Source: a virus. Taken from it: 64,000 nucleotides of DNA. Where the stretch lies: positions 16,924 through 80,923 of the IMG/VR virus record IMGVR_UViG_3300015360_000032, one strand, 5' to 3'. Under the pieces are notes generated by a model. That model was not told where the DNA came from. It saw only the letters and a list, made by a program, of their open reading frames with translations, and ran no database searches. Position 1 is the stretch's first letter, and the number at the start of each line of letters is the position of its first letter. Below are positions 10,258 through 18,770 of the stretch, piece by piece. A program made the translations under genes and the position numbers.

Positions 10258-10608
10258 TCAGAGGGCCGGCAGGTTAGGGGTGATTCCCCGGATAAACTTC
10301 AGAGCCGCGAGCCCTTCGGTACTATTGCGCCCAACCCCCTCAAGACGACAGGCATTCAGCCAAGCTACCTCCACTTGACGAGCCCCTTCATAACTCTTAA
10401 AGCCTTCGCAGAGTTCTGGCGGGTAGCTGAGAGGAATAGCGGAATCATCGTTTGGGTAACAAAGCGACCACGTTTGAGTCTCTTCATTGAATTTGATTTC
10501 AGTCGCTCGGTGAATCTCTTGCCTACCTAGAAACCCGAGGGGAAACTTGTCGTTGTGCATGGCCTGCACCTCCCCTGCCGGAGTGAAGTCGATGACGTGT
10601 CCTACCAT
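10258..10608 (-). CDS. small protein typical of Ycf46/DUF1257/DUF2997 clusters
   Basis: VIDFTPAG...LGRQEIHRATEIKFNEETQTW...EVAWL pattern, recalled as the fourth partner of such clusters; AGGAG RBS. Confidence 0.65.
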   Translation of the reverse strand: MVGHVIDFTPAGEVQAMHNDKFPLGFLGRQEIHRATEIKFNEETQTWSLCYPNDDSAIPLSYPPELCEGFKSYEGARQVEVAWLNACRLEGVGRNSTEGLAALKFIRGITPNLPAL

Positions 10609-10632
10609 GGTATCTCTCCTTTGAAATCAATG

Positions 10633-10947
10633 TCAAAAGTTTCCGGGTTGCGCAACCGCGCGGGTGAGTGCCATCATGCCCTCTTGGAAGTGCGTCTTAG
10701 CGACGGCTATCCAGCGGGTTGGCTCGGCTTGCTGGATTCTCAAAAACTCGGCATCTTGCTCTGCGGTCAAATCCCCCTCATGCTCCGCGCCGCGAAGGGC
10801 ATCGGTAGCCTGATGCTTCAAGTGTATCTGGGCCTTCAGCAAAAGAATCGCTAGGGCGAAACCCTCTTGCTTGATTTCATTCATCAGGTTAATTTCTTCC
10901 GCGCTCAGATCACGGTACCCTTTGATCAGTCGATGTTGATTTTCCAT
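10633..10947 (-). CDS. acb2: Anti-CBASS protein Acb2 homologue (cyclic nucleotide sponge)
   Basis: MENQHRLIKGYRDLSAEEINLMNEIK and AEPTRWIAVAKTHFQEGMMALTRAVAQP closely match Pseudomonas phage Acb2 as recalled, with Y11 and K26 retained. Confidence 0.88.
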   Translation of the reverse strand: MENQHRLIKGYRDLSAEEINLMNEIKQEGFALAILLLKAQIHLKHQATDALRGAEHEGDLTAEQDAEFLRIQQAEPTRWIAVAKTHFQEGMMALTRAVAQPGNF

Positions 10948-10949
10948 GG

Positions 10950-11144
10950 CTAGCTCCGCTGCCCGATGCCCGTGCCGGTCTGCACGTAGAAGTCAGGCTT
11001 CTTGTTATCCTTGATTTCCCCCCCGGGGCCAGCAAGGACAAGCTCAAGCTCGCGGGTAGCAAGGGCGCATGACTGGCCCTGGAAACCTTGCGCATCAATG
11101 CTCGACGTACCGTCGGGCTTGATTTCAACCACAATCTTTCTCAT
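10950..11144 (-). CDS. DUF2997 family protein
   Basis: IVVEIKPDG...AQGFQGQSCALATRELE...KPDFY is the DUF2997 signature. Confidence 0.85.
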   Translation of the reverse strand: MRKIVVEIKPDGTSSIDAQGFQGQSCALATRELELVLAGPGGEIKDNKKPDFYVQTGTGIGQRS

Positions 11145-11168
11145 GGATATCTCTCCTGTTTTGCGTAG

Positions 11169-11245
11169 TGGCGTGGCGTAAGGGAGTCGAACCCCTGACC
11201 TACCCCTTAGAAGGGGGTTGCTCTATCCTGCTGAGCTAACGCCAC
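11169..11245 (-). tRNA. tRNA-Arg (anticodon UCU)
   Basis: GTGGCGT/ACGCCAC acceptor stem, TAGCTCAG..GGATAGAGC D-arm, ACCCC-CTTCTAA-GGGGT anticodon arm, GGTTCGACTCC T-arm, encoded CCA; 77 nt. Confidence 0.95.
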
Positions 11246-11256
11246 GAGTTGTTGTA

Positions 11257-11703
11257 TTACAGACCCGCGCCGGTGATTTCCAGTGCGACTGTGCCGTCCA
11301 GCTTAGAGATGCGGCGAACCATGTGACCCTTGCGGCGTGCCGCTTCCGTGGTCGCGTGAATGCCATACATCTGAAACAGCTTGCCCATCTGCGCCTGTTC
11401 GCGCGTCTCCGGGCAAGACGCCTTGGCCCCGAGTGCGGCTGCAACGCCACCGCCATAGAAGTCCGTGCGAGCTTCGTAGCTGCCGTCCGCTGTCTTGTAG
11501 AGGCCGACATCATAGCTGGACGAAGCCAGATGGATGACGAAGTCTGCTTGGCCCATGCCTGCCTGATTGGTGAAGTAGGCGCGGGGCGTGGCGTTCTCAA
11601 CCAGGGTGCAAGCAATTCCGCTCTTTGCAAGCTCCTCGACTGCGGCGCGCAGCGCGGAGACGGATTGAATCTTGATCGACTTGATCGAAGAGGTGTGGGA
11701 CAT
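11257..11703 (-). CDS. DUF1257 / Ycf35-like protein
   Basis: MSH start, ALRAAVEEL, YDVG...DGSY...DFY, ARRKGH...DGTVALEI match the family pattern. Confidence 0.82.
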   Translation of the reverse strand: MSHTSSIKSIKIQSVSALRAAVEELAKSGIACTLVENATPRAYFTNQAGMGQADFVIHLASSSYDVGLYKTADGSYEARTDFYGGGVAAALGAKASCPETREQAQMGKLFQMYGIHATTEAARRKGHMVRRISKLDGTVALEITGAGL

Positions 11704-11737
11704 AGGTGCCTTTCGTGTGTTGGGCTAGAGAATTGAA

Positions 11738-11766
11738 AGTGTACTGGAAAATGAAATTGATTTCAA
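11738..11766 (-). promoter_or_regulatory. sigma70-type promoter whose -35 box lies within a palindrome copy
   Basis: Minus strand TTGAAA-N17-TACACT upstream of the DUF1257 gene. Confidence 0.6.
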
Positions 11767-11769
11767 AGG

Positions 11770-12381
11770 TCAGGTCCTCCTCTTAAGGATGATTCTGCGG
11801 GTAGGTGTATCCGCGATTTCCCTCATCTGGATACCTGTCGGGGTCGAGATTGCTTTCAGGCTCGGGCGGGGAATGGACTCGGGCTGGCTCTCCAGAATCT
11901 CAAAGCACTCCCCGATTTCCTCCTCCTCCATGAAGCGGCGAATGTATGAGTTATTGATTTCGATCATCTGCTGTTCTAGCTCTTCCGCGTTCAGGATGTC
12001 CGCATACCCACTGAACATCATGAATCTGTCTCCACACATGTTCTCCCATCCAGTTGGAATGAAAGCCATGATGTTGTAAAGCGGTGCCCCGACCCGCAGG
12101 CGAAGGAACAACGCACCCTCCCTCAGTGGTGCGCCGTTGCGCTTCCAGCTAGCCTGCAAAAGAATCACAGTACCTAGCGGATGCTCAACAGGCGCGGTAA
12201 TCAGTACGCCGGTATGCTCGAATTGTCCTACCTGCATCCTGCTCTGCGCCCCCCGACTGGCCCCGCTAGTAACTGCGGAGATGCGAGCAAACGGCGCAGA
12301 GACCTTCATGGCCCCGTAGGTCGCAAGCGTGTTGCTCATGTTGGCTTTGCCAAAGCCGATTGTGACGGTTGCTTTAGACAT
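11770..12381 (-). CDS. hypothetical protein
   Basis: 203-aa ORF 2 bp after the AAA ATPase stop; basic C-terminal tail. Confidence 0.75.
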   Translation of the reverse strand: MSKATVTIGFGKANMSNTLATYGAMKVSAPFARISAVTSGASRGAQSRMQVGQFEHTGVLITAPVEHPLGTVILLQASWKRNGAPLREGALFLRLRVGAPLYNIMAFIPTGWENMCGDRFMMFSGYADILNAEELEQQMIEINNSYIRRFMEEEEIGECFEILESQPESIPRPSLKAISTPTGIQMREIADTPTRRIILKRRT

Positions 12382-12383
12382 GG

Positions 12384-14066
12384 TTAGCCCCTGCTAGGGG
12401 TAAGAATGCGACGAGTCCTAGGCGTTGCTCCCCCGGGTGATCCCGCTGCTGCGGGCTCGTAGCTCACCGGGGTTGCGTTGTCTTTGGCCCATTTGAGAAT
12501 GCGGTCGATGTTCTCTTTGTGCGATTTTGACATAGGCACCATCTCGCGGATAGCCTTCACGATATGCCGCATTTCCAAGTCTTGCGCATCCTCATCATTG
12601 TAGGAATCGATCAATGCCGACTTGACTGCTGACTCAATCTCCGCAGGGACGTACCCCTCAGTTACTGCCATGAACTCAGCAATCTCCGCAGATTTGAATT
12701 TCTTGATGTCACGCTTGCGCTTGCGAAGGTGAATAGCAAGCACGTCTCTACGGTCGATTGCGTCTGGCAACCCCGATGCAAAGATTTCGTCGAAGCGACC
12801 ACGGCGAAGTAGCTCGGGCGGCAAGCTGTCGATACGGTTCGCGGTGACGATGGTAAAGACTGGCGCGGTGTTCTCCTGCAACCAAGTTAGGAACGTTCCA
12901 AGCACGCGGGACGATGATCCTGCATCGCCGCCGCCTGCGCCTGCTCCCCCTAGTCCCTTGTCGATTTCATCTACGAACAAGACCACGGGGGCCATGCCCT
13001 CGATCATCTTCAATGCCTGACGTACGCGGCTTTCCGAATCGCCAAGCCACTTAGAGAAGACGCGGCCAAAATCCAAACGGACCAGAGGAATCTCAAGCTC
13101 GAAAGCTGCTGCCTTTGCGACAAGGCTCTTTCCGGTTCCGGGTACGCCGGCCAGTACGATCCCCTTCGGCGGCTGAATCCCGTACTCTCGGGCTTCGTCC
13201 GTGAAGCAAGTAGCGCGCAGGCGCAACCAATCCTTAAGCCGGCCCATACCACCGACGTTCTCAATGTCTTCGGTGTGAGTCAGTTCGAGGATTTCTGATT
13301 GCCTAACTATGGCAGTTTTCCCCCTCGCTACCCCTTCAAGCAGCCTGTCCGCAGTGATGGCATCGTCCTGCGCCAAACTCGCATCAATGACGGAAATTGC
13401 CACATAGGTTTCGAACTCCTGCAAGGATAGGCCGAGGCCCATGTTTGCAATCTTGATCAGTTGCTCCTCCGTGACTGTCGAACCTTTCGGGAACGTGCTT
13501 TTGTTCTTCGTCATGTCCTTGATGGAGCGCGAAAGAATGGCCCGCAGTTCCTCTGAATCCGGGGTAGGCAAGTCCGCGACAACTACGGTACCCACGGCAA
13601 GCTCCGTGATCGGGACATCCGGCGTAACGAGAATCGTGCAAACGTTTGTCGATGGCAGGATCGCGGAGTATTGCTGAAGCATCTCCGTGACAATCGGCAT
13701 GCCCACGAGGAACGGCATCGGGTTGATGTAGATAAAGTAGTGAACCTTGTCCCTGCGCAGCGAGACTTGGCTTGTCGGGCCGCGAAGGTCTTCCAGCGGA
13801 GCGCGCAACGCTTCAAGAAAGTCTTTACCGTCGCCTGTTACCTTATGGTCCGCAAAGTTCTCCGTAGTGAAGACGCGGAACCCATTGGTAATGTCCCATT
13901 CCTTATAGGGCTCTCCCGAGCCGACAAGATTCTTTCGCAGGATAAGCGCGGCCCGTAAAACCTCCCGGGTACGTATCTGGATAACTGATCCGCCAGCATC
14001 TGCAAGACGGTGAATGCTGCCCATCAGCATAGCTTCGCTGTGGGGCGCTTGTGCAATAGAAGACAT
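12384..14066 (-). CDS. Ycf46-like AAA+ ATPase
   Basis: VGGMGRLKDWL, PKGIVLAGVPGTGKS, VLFVDEIDK, FLTWLQE, TAN...LPPELLRRGRFDEIF, plus a degenerate N-terminal AAA-like domain. Confidence 0.92.
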   Translation of the reverse strand: MSSIAQAPHSEAMLMGSIHRLADAGGSVIQIRTREVLRAALILRKNLVGSGEPYKEWDITNGFRVFTTENFADHKVTGDGKDFLEALRAPLEDLRGPTSQVSLRRDKVHYFIYINPMPFLVGMPIVTEMLQQYSAILPSTNVCTILVTPDVPITELAVGTVVVADLPTPDSEELRAILSRSIKDMTKNKSTFPKGSTVTEEQLIKIANMGLGLSLQEFETYVAISVIDASLAQDDAITADRLLEGVARGKTAIVRQSEILELTHTEDIENVGGMGRLKDWLRLRATCFTDEAREYGIQPPKGIVLAGVPGTGKSLVAKAAAFELEIPLVRLDFGRVFSKWLGDSESRVRQALKMIEGMAPVVLFVDEIDKGLGGAGAGGGDAGSSSRVLGTFLTWLQENTAPVFTIVTANRIDSLPPELLRRGRFDEIFASGLPDAIDRRDVLAIHLRKRKRDIKKFKSAEIAEFMAVTEGYVPAEIESAVKSALIDSYNDEDAQDLEMRHIVKAIREMVPMSKSHKENIDRILKWAKDNATPVSYEPAAAGSPGGATPRTRRILTPSRG

Positions 14067-14144
14067 GAATTGTTCCTTATGAGGGGCTTACGCCCGGTCG
14101 TACTTGGACCGATATGGGGGCTGGAATAGCGACCCATGGGGAAC

Positions 14145-14173
14145 ATTGTAGGACATGTCAACCGACTTGGCTA
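14145..14173 (-). promoter_or_regulatory. promoter of the AAA module (GTAG-type -35)
   Basis: Minus strand (G)TAGCCA-N17-TACAAT in intergenic DNA downstream of a terminator. Confidence 0.55.
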
Positions 14174-14220
14174 CTTCAGTTTCATTGAAATCAATTTCAT
14201 TTGTGAGTTGAACGCCCAAT

Positions 14221-14243
14221 AAAAAAGCGCCCCGAAGGGCGCT
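14221..14243 (-). terminator. rho-independent terminator
   Basis: AGCGCCC-TTCG-GGGCGCT followed by a T run on the minus strand. Confidence 0.85.
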
Positions 14244-14268
14244 CTGTCCGAAGGCCGTAGCCTGCGGG

Positions 14269-14721
14269 TTAGACCAGGGCGGTGTAGTCGCCGTAGGTAC
14301 CTTGGTCGGCATCAGCAACCGCTTGACCGACAGCAACCTTCTCGACGAAACGAGCTTGGAAGCGGCCACCGAGAGTGGCTACGGTGAGGGCGACATCAGT
14401 GCCAGCGCCATTCTTAGCATGCGTGACCTTCACAGCGGTAACGCCAGGAGCCACCGCACCGCCGTAGCCAGCAGCGCTGACAGTGGTGTAGACCTTGTCT
14501 GCGCCGTAGACCGCGTAGTCGCCAGCAACAGCTTGCGGATCATCGCTGGTGAAAGCCAGGGTCACATCGCTCGGGCCAGCCACCGAGAAAAAGATGTCGT
14601 GCGTCTTGGTCGGATCAAGGCCGGTGACCTTGGTAACCGATGTGTTGGCAGTGAACGTAACGGCGTTGACTTGGTCGTTGCCGATTCTGGCGAGGCCGGT
14701 ACGGCCAATGGGGGTGCTCAT
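14269..14721 (-). CDS. probable virion structural/decoration protein
   Basis: Ala/Val/Thr/Gly-rich beta-type 150 aa, AAGGAG RBS, followed by a terminator. Confidence 0.6.
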   Translation of the reverse strand: MSTPIGRTGLARIGNDQVNAVTFTANTSVTKVTGLDPTKTHDIFFSVAGPSDVTLAFTSDDPQAVAGDYAVYGADKVYTTVSAAGYGGAVAPGVTAVKVTHAKNGAGTDVALTVATLGGRFQARFVEKVAVGQAVADADQGTYGDYTALV

Positions 14722-14765
14722 AAAACTCCTTGTGTTGCGGATATCTCCGCGTTGGGTTCGCGCAG

Positions 14766-15089
14766 CTACGGAGTAGCCCGCTCCTTTTGGACTACTATTT
14801 CAAGGTAGTCAGCTAACGTGGTGTGCCGCTGGATGCATTCGGCCAAAGCCTTTGCCATGTCTGCGTAGTCTTGTAGCAGCGACCCCACCTCGTTGGCGGG
14901 CATTGCTGCCGGCAATCCTTCACATCGCTTCAACCAATCCATCTTGATGTTGGCTACTGCAACCTCAGTTTCCGACTTGAATTTAATTTCAGGCCGTACC
15001 TCGTTATGCGCGCAACCAACCAACACTGCGATTATGGCTGCGATCCCGACGCTGGCAAAGGGGCGACAAGCTGTCTGGCCTTTTTCCAT
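14766..15089 (-). CDS. o-spanin (Rz1-like lipoprotein)
   Basis: Lipobox VLVG-C, overlaps the i-spanin 3' end, ECIQRH C-terminal motif. Confidence 0.75.
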   Translation of the reverse strand: MEKGQTACRPFASVGIAAIIAVLVGCAHNEVRPEIKFKSETEVAVANIKMDWLKRCEGLPAAMPANEVGSLLQDYADMAKALAECIQRHTTLADYLEIVVQKERATP

Positions 15090-15436
15090 TCTTCATATCC
15101 CCCGGGCGGCAGTGGTTGGGCGTAAAACTCACGAACGATTTCGCGCTCTTTCGTGATGTTGTTCGTGATGGTGGTGTGTTCTATCTTGATTTTTGCAATG
15201 GATTGCAAAAGCTCTTCTCTTCTCTTCTCTGCAAGGTCGCGGTAGAACTTTGTCGAGGCGGCGTGCTTGTCTATCTCTTTCTGGATGTTTAGTACCGCCT
15301 CACTCACGGCCTGCAATTTTCTTTCCTCTTCGCCAGCGCGAGTTACGTTCCAAGTAGTATAGATTGTCAGCGCGACAAGCGCGGCGAATGCGCCTAGCTT
15401 GAGATACAGGGACCAGGGCGCTAGCCAGCTAAACAT
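15032..15436 (-). CDS. i-spanin (Rz-like)
   Basis: N-terminal TM helix followed by coiled coil, downstream of endolysin. Confidence 0.75.
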   Translation of the reverse strand: MFSWLAPWSLYLKLGAFAALVALTIYTTWNVTRAGEEERKLQAVSEAVLNIQKEIDKHAASTKFYRDLAEKRREELLQSIAKIKIEHTTITNNITKEREIVREFYAQPLPPGGYEEWKKARQLVAPLPASGSQP

Positions 15437-15439
15437 CGC

Positions 15440-15799
15440 TTAGCTCTTCGAGGCGTAGCCCTGAACCACAGAGCTAGTGCCCGCTGCCTTGATTCGAACG
15501 TTCTGCACGCCCCTAACGTCGAGCTTGATCCAGTGGATGCCAACGCCTGCGGCGGCAAGGTTACCGGACGCCTTCAAGATCGGGTGATTCGGAGTGGTGA
15601 AGTCGCCCGACACACCGGCCATGGGGAGCCAGTTACCCGCACCGACGATTTGATACTCGACGGTGAAGGCACTCAAAGCGGCCGTAGCAACGGAGAAATC
15701 CAGCCACAGCACCGAGTAATCGGATACTTGAAGGGTAGCGACAACCTCTAGGGCGTCGATATCCAGATTAACGAAATTCTCTCTCTTTGACAGTGCCAT
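15440..15799 (-). CDS. hypothetical beta-rich protein inside the lysis cassette
   Basis: 119 aa, AGGAG RBS. Confidence 0.65.
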   Translation of the reverse strand: MALSKRENFVNLDIDALEVVATLQVSDYSVLWLDFSVATAALSAFTVEYQIVGAGNWLPMAGVSGDFTTPNHPILKASGNLAAAGVGIHWIKLDVRGVQNVRIKAAGTSSVVQGYASKS

Positions 15800-15817
15800 T
15801 TCGAACTCCTAGTAAGG

Positions 15818-16369
15818 TTAGGTGACGCGGTGCAAAACCCAGCCAAAGATAAAATCTTCTTGTGATTGGTTCTTTTCCGCGATGTCCATATAGCGACAGG
15901 TTTGCAGGCCGTTCAAGATTCGGAGCATGACTTTTTCGCCATCGGGGTATCGATTCATGAGGAAGGTTTTCAGCGTATGCACAGTCATCTTTCCGATCTT
16001 GCCATCAACAGTAAGGTCCGGATATCTCTTGCCCTGCGCGTTGAGCGCGTTCAATGCTTTTTGCAACCAGCGGCTCGGGTGATCCGGCCCCATATTCACC
16101 CCTGTGTCGAACATCTCTTCGGCTATAGCTTCGCTGACTGTGGAGACCATCCAGAATCCCGTGGCAATCCAGTATCTCTCTTGGTAGATACTTGCCGCGA
16201 GCGTCTTTGAAATTGATTTCATATCGCCAGTGTATCCCCACGCTCTGGCAACTTGCTCTGTGATCCCATGGTTGGTCGGGCCACCGCGATCATTGGGGTG
16301 GTCTACATAGCCGCCCTCTCGGGCGATTAGATCATCAATGTACTTCTGGACTTTCGGGTTCATCATCAT
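15818..16369 (-). CDS. endolysin, glycosyl hydrolase 108 with peptidoglycan-binding domain
   Basis: REGGYVDHPNDRGGPTNHGIT, FDTGVNMG, VDGKIG, FIFGW. Confidence 0.95.
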   Translation of the reverse strand: MMMNPKVQKYIDDLIAREGGYVDHPNDRGGPTNHGITEQVARAWGYTGDMKSISKTLAASIYQERYWIATGFWMVSTVSEAIAEEMFDTGVNMGPDHPSRWLQKALNALNAQGKRYPDLTVDGKIGKMTVHTLKTFLMNRYPDGEKVMLRILNGLQTCRYMDIAEKNQSQEDFIFGWVLHRVT

Positions 16370-16809
16370 TGGGGTTTCTCTTCAGCTTGTGGGGGAGGCA
16401 TGTTGACAGGGGGGGTCTTCACTCCGCGATAAACATCAAGGGCCTGCATAACAAGTAACGAGCCTGACCATACGGATGCGTAGAGGACGAACTCCTCCAT
16501 TTGAATTTTGTCGTTCAACACACGAACAAAGATCGCCCATGTGTGAGTCATGCAGCAGATGAAAGCAAAAAGCCTTCCCGAGGAGAGCTTACCGCTGTCG
16601 GCGCGAAGAAAATCGCTGGCATCAAAGTGGCTGCTCTTCTGTGCCTTGAACAGCACCCAGACAAACATCGCCGCCATGCCGATCAGAGTCAGCAATGGCA
16701 TTAGCCTGTCAAACGCAAAGGCGCTAAACAGAGAGGCCGCAGCCTTTACGTAGTCGGGTCCGTCCATTCTTGTTTCCAGTAAGGAGAATGCCCCGGCGCT
16801 TCGCGGCAA
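16366..16809 (-). CDS. putative holin
   Basis: Three hydrophobic segments, DSGKLSSGR motif, overlaps endolysin start; true start may be near 16767. Confidence 0.65.
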   Translation of the reverse strand: MPRSAGAFSLLETRMDGPDYVKAAASLFSAFAFDRLMPLLTLIGMAAMFVWVLFKAQKSSHFDASDFLRADSGKLSSGRLFAFICCMTHTWAIFVRVLNDKIQMEEFVLYASVWSGSLLVMQALDVYRGVKTPPVNMPPPQAEEKPQ

Positions 16810-16824
16810 CCGGGGCGTGGCCCT

Positions 16825-17187
16825 TTAGGCCGGGGGCGTATCGGCAGGCACATCCTCAGCCGGATCAGGAGCGGGTGCCGGTGCGGAGGAGGCCAGCGCG
16901 GCGGTAATCTGGGCCTGGACCGCGTCCAGATCATCGGCGGCTTTCTGGAGCATCACCGGGTCACAGTGATTCACCATCGCTTCAGCAAGTTGCGTCTTCA
17001 GCGACATGAGGGCGTTGACCGCCAACACAGCAACTTGCTTGGTCTCCTCGACTTCTTTGGCGAGATTATTGGATGCTTGGTTCATGATTTTTGCCCTTTC
17101 TATGAGCTTGTCAACGGACAGTCGGAGTGAAGTCAGCAAGTCTGGCGCTTGCTTCTTCGGCGGAAAAATCCACTCAAATAGGCACAT
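16825..17187 (-). CDS. coiled-coil hypothetical protein
   Basis: 120-aa helical ORF with Pro/Ala tail. Confidence 0.65.
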   Translation of the reverse strand: MCLFEWIFPPKKQAPDLLTSLRLSVDKLIERAKIMNQASNNLAKEVEETKQVAVLAVNALMSLKTQLAEAMVNHCDPVMLQKAADDLDAVQAQITAALASSAPAPAPDPAEDVPADTPPA

Positions 17188-17519
17188 TACTTTCCCTTCC
17201 CATTTGAATTGCCAGACGCCTCTTTGCGTAATTCTTCTACGTTTTTTTGTAAATCTTTCAGAGAGCTTTCGATGCGCAGCAAGGAGGTATTGATAGCCAA
17301 GTCCTGCTGGGTGTCCCTCTCCCTCTGATAAATCTTGGCCTCTTCGAGAACGATCACTCGTTTGTCTAGGCTTGACCAGCCAATGAACAGAGCGATTGCC
17401 ATTCCAAAGAAGGTGAGGAGGTGCCCTGCGTTAATGGTGGGGTCAAAGGTAAGGCCCCTTCTGTTGTGCGGTGGCATAGGGTTATCCTCGTAACGATTAT
17501 CTTCGAAGTTCACAAGCAT
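17187..17519 (-). CDS. membrane protein (single TM + coiled coil), lysis-associated
   Basis: FDPTINAGHLLTF TM segment followed by a heptad pattern. Confidence 0.65.
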   Translation of the reverse strand: MLVNFEDNRYEDNPMPPHNRRGLTFDPTINAGHLLTFFGMAIALFIGWSSLDKRVIVLEEAKIYQRERDTQQDLAINTSLLRIESSLKDLQKNVEELRKEASGNSNGKGK

Positions 17520-17890
17520 GGAGTGCCCGATTTAGGTTTACGGGGGCGCCTAAAAAGGCCACTATTCGAATTGAATCTCATGACCGCGTCTGGGTTGTTT
17601 TCCAGAGCGTCTGCCGCTTCAGCCCACGTCAATTCATCCAGAATCATGTGTCCGCATTCCATGAGACACCAGCTACGGCTGTTGACCGTGGCTGAATCGA
17701 ATATTCTTTTTAGCCCCTCACTTTTTCCTTCTTGATTCTCGTAGCGAAACGGAGGGGGGCTTCGAATAAGAGGGGGCCTCGGTGGGGAGGGCCTATAGCG
17801 AGCTTCCCTGGCTTCCTCTGGTTCGTCGTCTAGGGCGAAGCGGGACTTGAAGAGTCCCCCCCAAACCCGAAACTGCTTATCGAGCATCAC
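17510..17890 (-). CDS. hypothetical protein
   Basis: 126-aa ORF coupled to neighbours by short overlaps. Confidence 0.5.
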   Translation of the reverse strand: MMLDKQFRVWGGLFKSRFALDDEPEEAREARYRPSPPRPPLIRSPPPFRYENQEGKSEGLKRIFDSATVNSRSWCLMECGHMILDELTWAEAADALENNPDAVMRFNSNSGLFRRPRKPKSGTPCL

Positions 17891-18645
17891 TGCACCGAGC
17901 AGAGAGCGACAGGGTTTGCAATCGCTACTTGTGTGCCGCTAGGCGCGGGAACAGGAACAGAGCAGTAGTCGCTCGTCGGTGTACTCCAAATCTCTTTGGT
18001 ACACGAGCAGACTGTGTACTGAGCTACCCGGGCATACGTGGCCTTGAATTGATTTGCAGCCGGGGGGACGCCACGAATAAAATCAAAGACTGCGCGGGTG
18101 CCGATGGGGACGGCGTTGCTAGGGGCCTTGACCACTTTGAACACCGGATCGGGCGGCTTCATTGCAAGCATGGCTCCGTAGTGCGGGCACCAGATCGCAA
18201 GTCTTGCCGGATCAGCGGCAGAGGGGAGAGGATACTTCTTTATTGCCAGCTTCGCGGAGGCAAGACGGTCTGCTGAGGAGAGTACCCCGGGAAGCTCTCC
18301 CGTCATGGTGGACATCTCTGCGAATGTCCATGCACCCATCGCCCAATTCCACGTAGTCTTCGTGGGGCAGAATTGCCAGAGGGTAACCCCCGCACTTGCG
18401 CCGGCGAGGACGGACTTGTAATCAAACCCTTTGCCTGTTCCCCCGAAGAGGGTAGGAAGGCACTGGATCGGGTCGAGCGGCGTTGCCGCAGTATCAGTGG
18501 AGTTGACTCTCGTGGGGCCGGTGAGGCCTCCGTACGCCACGCAGACATGGTTCGTTGTCGGCGGGGGTGTACTGGGGCCATCAACCTGCGCCAGGAGGGG
18601 CGCGGGCAAAAGCAAGGCGAGCAGGAGAAAACAAAAGCGGTACAT
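17887..18645 (-). CDS. exported Cys/Pro-rich protein
   Basis: Sec-type signal MYRFCFLLLALLLPAPLLA-Q and multiple cysteines. Confidence 0.7.
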   Translation of the reverse strand: MYRFCFLLLALLLPAPLLAQVDGPSTPPPTTNHVCVAYGGLTGPTRVNSTDTAATPLDPIQCLPTLFGGTGKGFDYKSVLAGASAGVTLWQFCPTKTTWNWAMGAWTFAEMSTMTGELPGVLSSADRLASAKLAIKKYPLPSAADPARLAIWCPHYGAMLAMKPPDPVFKVVKAPSNAVPIGTRAVFDFIRGVPPAANQFKATYARVAQYTVCSCTKEIWSTPTSDYCSVPVPAPSGTQVAIANPVALCSVQ

Positions 18646-18728
18646 ATCTCAACCCTCTGGAGAGGATTACAAAGACATGGCCTGCCGCCAAGATTTGCAA
18701 TCAATTTCAAATATGTACCGTTGTCGAG

Positions 18729-18758
18729 ATTATAGAGGCACAGTATCTCCCGTGGCTA
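18729..18758 (-). promoter_or_regulatory. promoter upstream of exported protein and lysis genes
   Basis: (G)TAGCCA-N18-TATAAT with a palindrome copy just downstream (18695-18710). Confidence 0.5.
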
Positions 18759-18770
18759 CCAAACTACATA

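Noticed and set aside
14088-14369. 93-aa minus-strand ORF
   Set aside because: It runs through a terminator, a palindrome copy and a promoter, and overlaps the 150-aa gene.
14977-14992. Additional palindrome copy TTGAATTTAATTTCAG
   Set aside because: It is degenerate in both arms and the centre, so it was left out of the count.
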